Assembly: GCA_024278765.1 (NCBI GenBank)
Contig: JAJRSM010000007.1
Span: 1-60,701 of the forward strand
Direction: 5' to 3'
DNA: 60,701 bases
DNA from: Deltaproteobacteria bacterium
Lineage (GTDB): Bacteria; Desulfobacterota; GWC2-55-46; DRQE01
The notes under the pieces are model-generated. The model worked only from the letters and a program-made list of their open reading frames with translations. It searched no databases and had not been told where the DNA came from. Position 1 is the first letter of the stretch, and each line of letters opens with the position of its first letter. The position numbers were made by a program, and so were the translations under genes. Below, in pieces: positions 18,276 to 28,269 of this stretch.

Positions 18276-20294
18276 CTAAAGAAGCGGAGCTATAACCAAC
18301 GAGACTATCGCTATTAATTTTATCAAAATATTCATCGCAGGGCCGGAGGTATCTTTAAACGGATCGCCGACGGTATCGCCGACGACCGAGGCCTTATGCG
18401 TATCACTACCCTTACCGCCGTAAGCACCCTTTTCTATATATTTTTTTGCATTATCCCATGCACCACCGGCATTAGACATAAAGAGTGCCAAGAGCACCCC
18501 TACGACCGTCACCCCACCAAGCATTCCGCCAAGTGCTTCCGGGCCTAGCAAAAAACCCGTTAATACAGGCACCAGTATTGCGATCAGCCCCGGAGCTATC
18601 ATCTCACGAAGTGCTGCGTCTGTACTTATATTAATGCACCTCTGGATATCGGGCTTTACACCAGGACGACCTTCCAGAAGCCCTGGAATACTGCGAAACT
18701 GACCACGTATCTCCTCTACCATCTTAACAGCAGCACGCCCCACGCTTGTCATCGTAAGGGCCGCTATAAGAAACGGCAGGGCCGCGCCCAAAAAAAGCCC
18801 TATAACAACCAGCGACTCTGTAATATCTATTATAAATGGCTCGCCACGGACCTTACTGATCGCCAGCGTATAGGCCGAAAAGAGAGCCAAGGCAGTAAGT
18901 GCCGCCGACCCTATCGCAAAGCCCTTACCTATAGCAGCCGTTGTATTCCCTATCTCATCGAGGCCATCGGTAACCGCCCTTACCTCCTCGCCAAGCCCGC
19001 TCATCTCGCTAATGCCACCTGCGTTATCGGCTATAGGGCCGTAAGCATCGACGCTCATAACCATACCGGTCGTCGCCAGCATCCCCACAGCAGCGATCCC
19101 TATCCCGTAGATACCGCCGTGATAATGCGCGATAAAAATCGCAATCACAATAGCAATAATCGGTAAGACAACACTCTCAAAACCCGTGGCAAGGCCGGTT
19201 ATCAGGTTCGTCCCAGCCCCTGTACGGCTGGAGCTTGCGATACGCTGCACGGGCATGCCCCCGGTATAGTACTCAGCTGTAAGCCCAATAGCAACGCCTG
19301 CCAAGCACCCCGTCAAAACCGCATAATAAAGGCTAACAGATACGCCCGCAAGCCCAATCATAAACCACGCGCCGATAAGAAATAAAATAGCCGCACTCAA
19401 GGTCGCCAGCCGCAAAGCCATCGCAGGACGCAAAGCGTCCATAAAACGCATTCCGCCGATACCTACGACAGAGGCCAAAAGTCCGACGACGGCCAGCATT
19501 ATCGGCAGAGATATCAATGCGCTGGCAGTCCCCAGAGCCTCTACCCTGGAACCGGCCAGTGCCGTAGCTCCGATTGCTATAGTAGCGATAATCGAGCCGA
19601 CATAAGACTCGAACAGGTCTGCGCCAAGCCCTGCGACGTCCCCTACATTATCCCCGACATTATCGGCGATAACGCCCGGGTTGCGAGGATCGTCCTCAGG
19701 GATACCGGCCTCTATCTTACCGGCCAGATCCGCTCCGACATCAGCGGACTTTGTAAAGATCCCGCCGCCAAGCCTGGCAAAAAGTGCTGTGGTCGAAGCA
19801 CCCATTGCAAAGCCGTTTATTATATAGGCCGACTCGGGAGTACCAAAATAAATAAAAAAGACGCCTAACCCAAGCAAACCAAGGGCCGATACAGAGAGCC
19901 CCATAACAGAGCCGCCCATAAAAGCGACAAAGAGGGCCTTTCTCGGACTCGGTGCTGAACTTCGAGCCGCCTCGGCGGTACGCAGATTAGCTCGCGTCGC
20001 GGCCTTCATACCGAAAAAAACCGCCAGCATCGCCAGCACAGATCCGGCAAAATAGGCAAGTCCAGATTCAAAACCTATAAAATAAGCGATAATAATCGCA
20101 ATAACAACAATTACACAGACAAGTATAGAGTACTGACGTTTAAGGTAGATCATAGCCCCGTCATGAATCATCGAGGCTACCTCGACCATCTTTTCATTAC
20201 CGACAGGCTGGCTCTTTACATAGAGATATATAAGAAAGGTCAATACAAGGACGCCTAACGCCACAAAGGGCGATGCTGCTACTATCCCTTCCAT
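18276..20294 (-). CDS. hppA: Membrane ion-translocating pyrophosphatase, K+-dependent type
   Basis: DVGADLAGKIE, DNVGDNVGD, GNTTAA (Ala determinant), GDTVGDPFKD. Confidence 0.95.
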   Translation of the reverse strand: MEGIVAASPFVALGVLVLTFLIYLYVKSQPVGNEKMVEVASMIHDGAMIYLKRQYSILVCVIVVIAIIIAYFIGFESGLAYFAGSVLAMLAVFFGMKAATRANLRTAEAARSSAPSPRKALFVAFMGGSVMGLSVSALGLLGLGVFFIYFGTPESAYIINGFAMGASTTALFARLGGGIFTKSADVGADLAGKIEAGIPEDDPRNPGVIADNVGDNVGDVAGLGADLFESYVGSIIATIAIGATALAGSRVEALGTASALISLPIMLAVVGLLASVVGIGGMRFMDALRPAMALRLATLSAAILFLIGAWFMIGLAGVSVSLYYAVLTGCLAGVAIGLTAEYYTGGMPVQRIASSSRTGAGTNLITGLATGFESVVLPIIAIVIAIFIAHYHGGIYGIGIAAVGMLATTGMVMSVDAYGPIADNAGGISEMSGLGEEVRAVTDGLDEIGNTTAAIGKGFAIGSAALTALALFSAYTLAISKVRGEPFIIDITESLVVIGLFLGAALPFLIAALTMTSVGRAAVKMVEEIRGQFRSIPGLLEGRPGVKPDIQRCINISTDAALREMIAPGLIAILVPVLTGFLLGPEALGGMLGGVTVVGVLLALFMSNAGGAWDNAKKYIEKGAYGGKGSDTHKASVVGDTVGDPFKDTSGPAMNILIKLIAIVSLVIAPLL

Positions 20295-20361
20295 TACTGC
20301 CCCCTACTCAATAACAATACCAGCCTCCCTGCGACCACGCGGCGCAAGAAGCAACTCTACA

Positions 20362-20958
20362 TCATAGCTTATCAGGATCTACGGGTTTCTCTTCAACCGG
20401 TCTTCTATTGTACTCGTTCATCGCCTCTTTAAAACCTCTCCTAACTGCCATCTCTATCGCACCGGCTCCGCGCCGTATCTCGTGGTCGATAACCTCTAAC
20501 TCAGAATCGTCAAAAGGACTTAGTACATAATCAACCAGTACGCCCTGGCCCCTGCCGCCAACCCCCATACGCAACCGCTTAAACTCGGCACCGCCAAGCT
20601 CTGCCATAATCGACTCAATACCGTTATGCCCACCGCTGCCGCCGCCTTGCCTTAGCTGAATCCTGCCCGGGGCCAGATCCACATCATCATATACGACAAA
20701 AAGAGAATCCATCTGAAGATTATTGCTGGCAAGGACCTCCCTGACTGCCTCGCCGCTCAGGTTCATAAATGTCAGGGGCTTAACAAGCAAGACCTCTTCT
20801 TGCCCCATACGCATACGTCCCCAGAGATAACTCCCTGCGTTCTTATCGACCTTGACCCCGCGCAGATCCGCAAGCTTATCAATAGTCATAAAGCCGATAT
20901 TGTGCCTAGTATATAGATATGACGGCCCGGGATTACCAAGCCCAACTACAACGTACAT
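20362..20958 (-). CDS. pth: Peptidyl-tRNA hydrolase
   Basis: GLGNPG, TRHNIGF, FMNLSG, GGHNG. Confidence 0.96.
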   Translation of the reverse strand: MYVVVGLGNPGPSYLYTRHNIGFMTIDKLADLRGVKVDKNAGSYLWGRMRMGQEEVLLVKPLTFMNLSGEAVREVLASNNLQMDSLFVVYDDVDLAPGRIQLRQGGGSGGHNGIESIMAELGGAEFKRLRMGVGGRGQGVLVDYVLSPFDDSELEVIDHEIRRGAGAIEMAVRRGFKEAMNEYNRRPVEEKPVDPDKL

Positions 20959-21050
20959 TTAAAACCACACAAGGAGATCACCCGATAATTTAGACTAAAC
21001 AGTCCCTACTAAACAGTATAGACCTGTTATCTCGCTACTGACAAGAATAA

Positions 21051-21570
21051 AAAAGGGGCGGATGCCCCTCTAAGGGGGGCATCCGCCCCTCCAAAGTCCA
21101 AAGCAGAAAGCAGTACCCCAAAAAAACAGAACCCTATGCTTATACCTACCCACAACGCAAAAAGGGGGCATCCGCCCCTCCAAAGTCCAAAGCAGAAAAT
21201 AATGCCAAAAAGATGAATCTTAGGTTAGTTATTTACAATCCTACAACGTAGAAAGGGGGGCTTCGCCCCTCTAAAATCCAAATCCAAAATCAATGCCCAA
21301 AAGATTGATCCTAGATTTGCTATTTACAACCCCACAACGTAGAAAAGGGGGCATTCGCCCCTATAAGGGGGCATCCGCCCCTATAAAGTCCAAAGCAGAG
21401 ATCAGAACCAAAAGAGCACCATAACTCTTGCTACTCCTTCCTACAACGTAGAAAGAGGGGCATCCGCCCCTATAAAATCCAAATCGAAGATCAGCACCAA
21501 TAAACAACACCTTGCCCTAGACTACATTCCTTACTACAACGCAAAAAAGGAGGCAAATGCCTCCCTTTTT
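21051..21570. repeat. ~90-bp-period degenerate repeat array with GGGGCATCCGCCCC-type hairpins
   Basis: Hairpins at ~21075, 21164, 21255, 21347/21367, 21457, most preceded by C(C/T)ACAACG(C/T)A.AAA and followed by AAA(G/A)TCCAAA; ends in terminator AAAAAAGGAGGCA-AA-TGCCTCCCTTTTT. Confidence 0.85.
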
Positions 21571-21596
21571 GTTATATAAAATAAAAACTAATAAGA

Positions 21597-22262
21597 TCAG
21601 TCCTTCTTCTCTTCGCCCTCAGTGCCCTCTGCCTTATCGTCTTTAAGGCTCTCGGCAAGCTCTGCCTCGGCCTCTTCAGAGGTCTTCTCAACAACTGTTC
21701 TTGGTATAGCGATAAGCACGACCGTAAGCTCAGGGTCTTCCATAAGCTTTACGCCCTCAGGCATACTCAAGTCCTTCAAGTGATAGGACTGACCATTTTC
21801 GAGAGAAGTAACATCGACCTCTATTGACTCAGGAAGTACGGATGGCAAACACTCAACCTTTACTGAGCGATGCTCCTGCTGAAGGATACCGCCCTGCTGC
21901 GCGACACCGAATGATTTACCTGTTAAGACAATCGGCACCTCGGCGTGAATCTCATGATCCATCAGAACATTTATCAGATCAATATGCACTAGGGTTTCTT
22001 TTGCAGGATGCCTATCAAGCTTCTTGATCAGGACCGTTCTGTTTTCTTTATCCCCGTCGATTGCGAGATTAATAAACATATTACCGCTACTATGCGTACT
22101 AAGTGCCTTGGAGACATCACGCGTACTCATCTTTAAGCTCACTGTATTTTTAATGCCCGGCCCGTATAGGACCGCTGGTACAAAACCTTCTTTACGAAGC
22201 CTGCCATTCTTTTCTTTTCCGAGTTCTGGGCGTGGCCATGCCGTTAAATTAACCTGTTCCAT
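21597..22262 (-). CDS. rplY: 50S ribosomal protein L25/Ctc
   Basis: RLRKEGFVPAVLYG, HIDL, GGILQ, long Ctc form. Confidence 0.93.
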   Translation of the reverse strand: MEQVNLTAWPRPELGKEKNGRLRKEGFVPAVLYGPGIKNTVSLKMSTRDVSKALSTHSSGNMFINLAIDGDKENRTVLIKKLDRHPAKETLVHIDLINVLMDHEIHAEVPIVLTGKSFGVAQQGGILQQEHRSVKVECLPSVLPESIEVDVTSLENGQSYHLKDLSMPEGVKLMEDPELTVVLIAIPRTVVEKTSEEAEAELAESLKDDKAEGTEGEEKKD

Positions 22263-22312
22263 TTCCTTTCTACTCCTCCCTTACAGTTAAACCCTTTTAC
22301 GGGAAATATATT

Positions 22313-23254
22313 CTATACAAAAAGAGAGCTCACAGACTCTCCGCAGTGTATCCTCTTTATCGCCTCTGCCAGCAGACGTCCTGCTGAAAGGTACTTTACC
22401 TTACTCGAGTTATTACCGTTGCGCCGTGGCACGGTATTTGTAACGACTAACTCTTCAAGGTCTGACTTATCTATTCTTTCAATGGCAGGCCCCGATAAGA
22501 CACCGTGGCTACAGCAGGCATAAACGACCTTCGCACCGTGCTCCTTAAGTGCCGTTGCTGCCTGCGTCAGTGTTCCAGCCGTATCTACCATATCATCGAG
22601 AAGTATCGCGGTCTTACCCTTAACGTCGCCTATAACATGCATAACCTTAGAAACATTTGCCTCAGGACGTCTTTTATCTACTATAGCAAGCCCTGCGTGA
22701 ATCCGCTTTGCAAAAGCCCTGGCTCGTTCAACACCACCGGCATCCGGCGAGACTATAACTACGTCATCATTGCTAAACTTCTCATTCATATAATCAAGCA
22801 AAACGGGAGTCGCGTAAATATTATCGACCGGAATATTGAAAAATCCCTGGATCTGACCAGCATGAAGATCCATACATACCACTCGTGTAGCTCCGGCCAC
22901 CTGAATAAGATCTGCCACGAGCTTTGCCGAGATCGGAGTGCGCGGAGCGACCTTCCTGTCTTGACGTGAATAACCGTAATAAGGTATTACCGCTGTGATC
23001 GAACGGGCCGAGGCCCTCTTAAAGGCATCGAGCATAAGCAGCAGTTCCATAAGATGGTCATTGGTAGGAGGCGAAGTCGACTGGATAACATAGGTATCCT
23101 GCCCCCTGACGCTCTCTTTAATATTTACATTGACCTCGCCGTCACTAAACTTCTTTATCTCAGAAGAACTAAGCTCCATGCCTAACCCTTCGCATATCTC
23201 AGCTGCAAGCTCTTTATTAGAATTTCCACTAAATATCTTGACTCTCTCCAGCAC
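22313..23254 (-). CDS. prs: Ribose-phosphate pyrophosphokinase
   Basis: [31 protein letters not shown]. Confidence 0.97.
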   Translation of the reverse strand: MLERVKIFSGNSNKELAAEICEGLGMELSSSEIKKFSDGEVNVNIKESVRGQDTYVIQSTSPPTNDHLMELLLMLDAFKRASARSITAVIPYYGYSRQDRKVAPRTPISAKLVADLIQVAGATRVVCMDLHAGQIQGFFNIPVDNIYATPVLLDYMNEKFSNDDVVIVSPDAGGVERARAFAKRIHAGLAIVDKRRPEANVSKVMHVIGDVKGKTAILLDDMVDTAGTLTQAATALKEHGAKVVYACCSHGVLSGPAIERIDKSDLEELVVTNTVPRRNGNNSSKVKYLSAGRLLAEAIKRIHCGESVSSLFV

Positions 23255-23377
23255 CTCTTACTCCTCGGTAAATATTTATCTAAAAGACCAATAACAGCAC
23301 TGATAATTATACAGACAAATTACAGAAATATTTAAAACTATAAAAAACTCTAAGACCCGAAAAATATTTAGATTAAA

Positions 23378-23452
23378 TGGCTGGGGCGGCAGGATTCGAA
23401 CCTACGCATGCGGGGATCAAAACCCCGTGCCTTGCCGCTTGGCTACGCCCCA
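23378..23452 (-). tRNA. tRNA-Gln(TTG)
   Basis: TGGGGCGTAGCCAAGCGGCAAGGCACGGGG TT TTG AT CCCCG..GGTTCGAATCC..CCCCAGCCA; canonical ispE-tRNAGln-prs context. Confidence 0.96.
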
Positions 23453-23547
23453 ATAAAAGATCTTATAAAAGGGATCGCCCCTAACAACCACTTAAGTCCA
23501 TGCCCCTTGGCAACAAACCGTCTTTGATAAAAAAACCGGCTGCCAGA

Positions 23548-24435
23548 CTAAATCCCATGCACAGCTATAATTCTAAAATTACGTCCTGCAAGGCCTTTCT
23601 TTAATACCGCTAATGCCTGATCAACTCGCGCCCTAGTCAGGTAAAGACCAAATACAGTCGGCCCGCTTCCGCTCATCAATACGCCATCTGCGCCACTTTT
23701 GCGTAACGCCAAAAGAAGCTCGGCAATCTCCGGGTGCTCGGCAACGACTGCCAAGGCCAGATCATTCTCTAATAAATCCAGAACATTAGAGGGACGCTCT
23801 AAAAGGAGACCACCAATGTAGCATAGCCTTTCAGCAGACTCCTCATAATCTTTGATCTTAATATTATGTGGCGTTTCTGTCAAGGTTAAATTACTATAGG
23901 CCCAGCCGGCACTGACACCAAAACCCGGATTTATAAGGATATAAGAGTATTCAGGTAGCTTAACGGCCCGAAGCAGCTCGCCGCGTCCACTTGCGACGGC
24001 TGCGCTTTGCATAAGAAAAAAAGGCAGGTCTGAGCCCAGATCAGCAGCGATTTCAAAGAGTTTCGCACGACCGAGCAGCCCGCCTAACGCCTCGTTCAGC
24101 CCCATTAAGGTCGAGGCACCGTCGCTACTGCCCCCGCCAAGCCCGGCTGCGACAGGAATATTCTTTTCTATATGAATATGGATCTTTCTCTCGATTCCGG
24201 CCACGTCCAGATAGGCCCGCGCTGCCTTATGCACAAGGTTGCGCCCGTCAATGGGAATATCAGGGTCGTCGCAGGTAATGGTAATCCCCGCCCCGTCATC
24301 AATTGTTATTGTGATCAAATCCGATAGCGTGAGCGGCTGCATAAGAGAGGATATCTCATGAAAGCCGTCCTCGCGTCTTGAGATTACTCTGAGCGAGAGG
24401 TTTAACTTTGCAGGGGCAAGGACTTTTATCTTCAT
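23548..24435 (-). CDS. ispE: 4-diphosphocytidyl-2-C-methyl-D-erythritol kinase
   Basis: APAKLNL, KNIPVAAGLGGGSSD, MSGSGPTVFG; start MKIKV chosen. Confidence 0.95.
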   Translation of the reverse strand: MKIKVLAPAKLNLSLRVISRREDGFHEISSLMQPLTLSDLITITIDDGAGITITCDDPDIPIDGRNLVHKAARAYLDVAGIERKIHIHIEKNIPVAAGLGGGSSDGASTLMGLNEALGGLLGRAKLFEIAADLGSDLPFFLMQSAAVASGRGELLRAVKLPEYSYILINPGFGVSAGWAYSNLTLTETPHNIKIKDYEESAERLCYIGGLLLERPSNVLDLLENDLALAVVAEHPEIAELLLALRKSGADGVLMSGSGPTVFGLYLTRARVDQALAVLKKGLAGRNFRIIAVHGI

Positions 24436-24587
24436 AGGAATATTAGCTGAAAAAATGGCATATAACAGGGTTAAGAACTTGATCTTCAGAGCGATCACCG
24501 CAGCGCAAGAAACACCTACTTTGTGCTTCTTGCCCCTCTAGCCCCATCGCCACACTATACACTATAGGTTAAACCCATCTGCCCGGC

Positions 24588-26465
24588 TTACTTTATTACA
24601 ACAAAAAAGAAAATATTTACCAATACAACCAGCCCGATAATTACGGCAAAGGCATAGTCGCGGACCATTCCTGTCTGGAAACGCCTGAGCACCCCGGCAA
24701 GACCGGTCATAAAGCCAGCCACCCCATTGACCAAGCCGTCTACGATACGCTGGTCAAACCTAAGGCTCTGCTTCGACGACCAGATCGAATAGGACGATGC
24801 ACTACGGGCGACCCACCTGACAACGCCGTCGATTACGTCATAGTCAAAGACAAAACATTTATTGGCTATCCACTGCCCGGGCCTGACAAAGAGCGGCATA
24901 TAGATCGTACTCACAACCGTATCAACAGGGGTAACAATGGTCTTTGCAACAAGCTGATAAAAGACCTTTGCGCCCTTACGGTAGATCCAGTCAAAGTCAA
25001 GGTTAATCATATGCTTACCCTTGATCATTTTAAGCAGCAGATAAAAGCCGAACCAGGTAAAGAGCATCAACTGTACGGTCCAGACGACATGGTCGATGGT
25101 ATACGGGCTATAATTACCACCGTATGGAAGCAAGCTGTAAAGCCCCTGCGGCCAGACACCGACGACAATACAGGCGATTGCAGCAAGCGTCATACCGATC
25201 ATCATATTGCGCGGCGGCTCCTGCTTTGGCACATCCAGATTCTTTGTCTTATCTTTACCGAAAAAGACAAGATAAGGCATCTTAAGCGTCGTCGAGAGGA
25301 ATGTACCGGCGGCAGCTATCATCAGTAAGATCCAGGGGATCGTCAGTTGCTGCTCGGCAGCAGCCGAGAGGATCATCGGTTTACTGGCAAAACCAGCAAA
25401 GAGCGGCGCACCGGAGAGGGCAAAGCCGCCTATCATAAAGAATATAAGGGTTATCGGCATCTTCTTATAGAGATTACCGGTATCTTTCAGGTTTCTCTTA
25501 CCTGTGACATATATAACCGAGCCAGAGGCCATAAAAAGCAGCCCCATATAGAGGATATGCGTAAAGCCCAGAGCCACGGCACCGTCTACGGCAAGCTTTG
25601 TGCCGATCCCTATACCGACGACCATGTATCCGATCTGACTCATAATATGATGGGCAAAGAGTTTACGCATATCCGATTCAACCGTAGCGTAGGCAACGGC
25701 GTATAGTGCCATAATAGCACCTATCCAGATAAGGATATCGGCCCCGGCAAAGCCCCTGACCAGCGCATAGACCGCTGTCTTTGTCGTAAAGGTAGCCATA
25801 AGAACACCACCAGGTATGGTTGACTCAGGGTAGGCATCAGGCAGCCAGCCGCCAAGCAGCGGGAAGCCAGCATTGATGGCAAAGCCCAGCAGTATCAGGC
25901 CTGTCGGCAGGGTCGGCCACCCTGAAAACTCCATAAGGTTAAAGGCAAGCGTGTGGTTCTCAAAGTAGTAAAGCAGTATCCCACCCATCAGTATCACGCC
26001 ACCGGTAGCATGGACGAGTATATATCTATAAGCGGCCTTATAAGAACGCTTGTTTTTATTAAATGTTACGAGGTAGACCGATGCAAAGGCCATTATCTCC
26101 CAGAAACACAAGAAAGATAAAAGGTCTCCTGCAAAGACCGCACCCAGAGCACTACCTGCGTAGAAGAAACCCGCGATATGATGGCCGTTCTCCTTCTGCC
26201 GCATGCCGTAGATCATGGCTATAAAGAGCATAAGCGTGAAGATAAAGGCAAAGCACTTGGCAAGCTTATCAACTCGCCCGAAGACGACCTGTTCATTTAA
26301 GAACGTATAGACCCCATACGTGCCTTCCGGCGTAAGCACTACGCTTATAAAGGCCAGCAGCGGCAAAAGCAGCAGATAGCCCTGCTTGATCTTTCCCTTT
26401 GGCATAAAAGGAATCAAAAGCGAGCCGATAATAACTATAAGTCCCGGGTGTACCCAGTTAATCAT
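24588..26465 (-). CDS. MrpD-type antiporter-like subunit with NuoL-like C-terminal helix/anchor
   Basis: WEIM, WLPDAYP, TTKT, SQIGYM, GFASK; C-terminus ends FQTGMVRDYAFAVIIG. Confidence 0.85.
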   Translation of the reverse strand: MINWVHPGLIVIIGSLLIPFMPKGKIKQGYLLLLPLLAFISVVLTPEGTYGVYTFLNEQVVFGRVDKLAKCFAFIFTLMLFIAMIYGMRQKENGHHIAGFFYAGSALGAVFAGDLLSFLCFWEIMAFASVYLVTFNKNKRSYKAAYRYILVHATGGVILMGGILLYYFENHTLAFNLMEFSGWPTLPTGLILLGFAINAGFPLLGGWLPDAYPESTIPGGVLMATFTTKTAVYALVRGFAGADILIWIGAIMALYAVAYATVESDMRKLFAHHIMSQIGYMVVGIGIGTKLAVDGAVALGFTHILYMGLLFMASGSVIYVTGKRNLKDTGNLYKKMPITLIFFMIGGFALSGAPLFAGFASKPMILSAAAEQQLTIPWILLMIAAAGTFLSTTLKMPYLVFFGKDKTKNLDVPKQEPPRNMMIGMTLAAIACIVVGVWPQGLYSLLPYGGNYSPYTIDHVVWTVQLMLFTWFGFYLLLKMIKGKHMINLDFDWIYRKGAKVFYQLVAKTIVTPVDTVVSTIYMPLFVRPGQWIANKCFVFDYDVIDGVVRWVARSASSYSIWSSKQSLRFDQRIVDGLVNGVAGFMTGLAGVLRRFQTGMVRDYAFAVIIGLVVLVNIFFFVVIK

Positions 26466-26670
26466 AGTAGTCCTCCTTACGTCTGAGGAAGAGATCGGCT
26501 ATCTTATTGGAAACGACTAAAAGCAATATAGTCGATGCAAAAGCAAAGAGCGCGTAAAAGGCAGGGATATTATCCCACCAATAATAGACGTGAGCTCTCG
26601 GCATAAAGACATCGATGACCAGCGATAGTCCCATTAGAAAGAACAAAACATATTTTATTTTATTAAACAT
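26458..26670 (-). CDS. Small two-TM membrane protein coupled to the antiporter-like subunit
   Basis: Two hydrophobic stretches, W.NIPAFY, ends RRKEDYYD; GTGAGGT RBS; overlaps next start. Confidence 0.75.
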   Translation of the reverse strand: MFNKIKYVLFFLMGLSLVIDVFMPRAHVYYWWDNIPAFYALFAFASTILLLVVSNKIADLFLRRKEDYYD

Positions 26671-26712
26671 ACCTGTTACCTCACCACATCAGCTACTAAA
26701 GACCGCCCGACT

Positions 26713-26778
26713 TTCAGGGCTTATACCCTCTTCAGGGCTTATACCCTCTTGAGGGCTTATACCCTCTCTTGAGGGCTT
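26713..26778. repeat. 18-bp tandem hairpin repeat x3.5
   Basis: TT(C/G)AGGGCTTATACCCTC at 26713, 26731, 26749, plus a partial copy. Confidence 0.9.
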
Positions 26779-28257
26779 TTAAACCACACCCACCAGGAAG
26801 GCCTCTATTATAGATATAAAGAAATGCGGATATATCCCAAAAAATACCGTTAGTACGGCCGTAATCGTAAGCGGAACGACGACAAAGGGCGGTGCCTCTT
26901 TGATCTTATCAAAATGAGGATCGCCGACAGGTGCTGGTTTAAAGTACGCCCTATAAATAATCGGCAGAAAATACGCTGCATTCAAGACAGTACTTGCAAG
27001 AAGCACCATCAGAAGCCCGACCGATTCGACCTCCATCGTACCCATAGTCCAAAACCATTTACTGGTAAAGCCTGCGACTCCAGGCACGCCTATCATCGAT
27101 AAAGAGCCGATAGTAAAGGCCGCCATAGTAAAGGGCATCTTCGTGGCTATGCCGTCGAGCTGATCGATTTTCTTGATATGCGAGGCGACATAGATAGAGC
27201 CCGCGCAGAAAAAGAGCGTAATCTTAGAGACCGCATGGTTACCGATATGCAAAATACCGCCAAGCGCACCGCTTGAAGACATAAGGGCTACGCCAAATAT
27301 TATATAGGCCAGCTGGCTTATAGTAGAATAGGCGAGCCTGGCCTTAAGGTCGTTTTTAGTAAGCGCAATAATAGAGGCAAGCGTAATAGTGATCGAAGCA
27401 AATATCGCCGTCGGTATCCCGAGGTTAAAGAAGTCCATGACCTCGTAACCATATACGCAGGTAAGAACTCTAACGACCGAGAAGACACCGACCTTAACAA
27501 CAGCCACGGCATGCAAAAGCGCACTGACCGGCGTCGGCGCGACCATGGCCCCGGGCAACCAGTTATGAAACGGCATAAGCCCTGATTTAGCAAACCCTGC
27601 AATAAAGCAGATATAGCTTATTGTTACCAGGAATGCCGGCATCCCGGTGTTATATATTCCGCCGACCTTAAAGTCCAGCGTACCTGTTGTCATATAAGTT
27701 ATGACAATGGCCGCAAGCAACGCGGTCTTTGCGAGCCCTACCAGATAGACTACATACTTGTGGCCGCCTGCAAATGCCGCATCGTCCTCATGATGGGCGA
27801 CCAGCGGATAGGTCGTAACACTTAATACCTCATAGAAGATATAGAGTACAAATAAGTTAGCACCAAAGGCAACACCAATGGCCGAGCAGATCGCTATGGC
27901 AAAGCAGCTAAAGTAACGGGTCTGACTTTTTTCCTTCTCGGCCCGCATATATCCGATGGAATAGGCCGTCGCTATTATCCACAAAAACGAGGCGATCAAG
28001 GCAAAGAAGACACCAAGGCCATCTACGCGCAGCTTAAACTCTATCCCCGGTAAGATGGTAAAGGCCGTATACTCTATTATCCCGCCCGACATTACAAACG
28101 GCAGCATGGAGACGACTATCAAGAAGGTAGTAATCGCTGCGATAAAGCTCCATGCCTCGCGCAGGTTCGGGCTCTTACTCGATAGCAAGATGAGTATTAC
28201 CGAGATAGCAGGTATAAGGGTCGCCAGTAGCGGCTTTATAGATACAATTGTTTCCAT
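26779..28257 (-). CDS. MrpD-family antiporter-like subunit
   Basis: FYEVL, PFHNWLPGAMVAPTPVSALLHAVAVVKVG, RLAYSTISQL, GFTSKW. Confidence 0.88.
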   Translation of the reverse strand: METIVSIKPLLATLIPAISVILILLSSKSPNLREAWSFIAAITTFLIVVSMLPFVMSGGIIEYTAFTILPGIEFKLRVDGLGVFFALIASFLWIIATAYSIGYMRAEKEKSQTRYFSCFAIAICSAIGVAFGANLFVLYIFYEVLSVTTYPLVAHHEDDAAFAGGHKYVVYLVGLAKTALLAAIVITYMTTGTLDFKVGGIYNTGMPAFLVTISYICFIAGFAKSGLMPFHNWLPGAMVAPTPVSALLHAVAVVKVGVFSVVRVLTCVYGYEVMDFFNLGIPTAIFASITITLASIIALTKNDLKARLAYSTISQLAYIIFGVALMSSSGALGGILHIGNHAVSKITLFFCAGSIYVASHIKKIDQLDGIATKMPFTMAAFTIGSLSMIGVPGVAGFTSKWFWTMGTMEVESVGLLMVLLASTVLNAAYFLPIIYRAYFKPAPVGDPHFDKIKEAPPFVVVPLTITAVLTVFFGIYPHFFISIIEAFLVGVV

Positions 28258-28269
28258 AATTTCCTTTTG

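Noticed and set aside
21051-21570. CRISPR array
   Set aside because: Repeats are degenerate, intervening segments resemble each other, and no cas genes are present; kept as a non-CRISPR array
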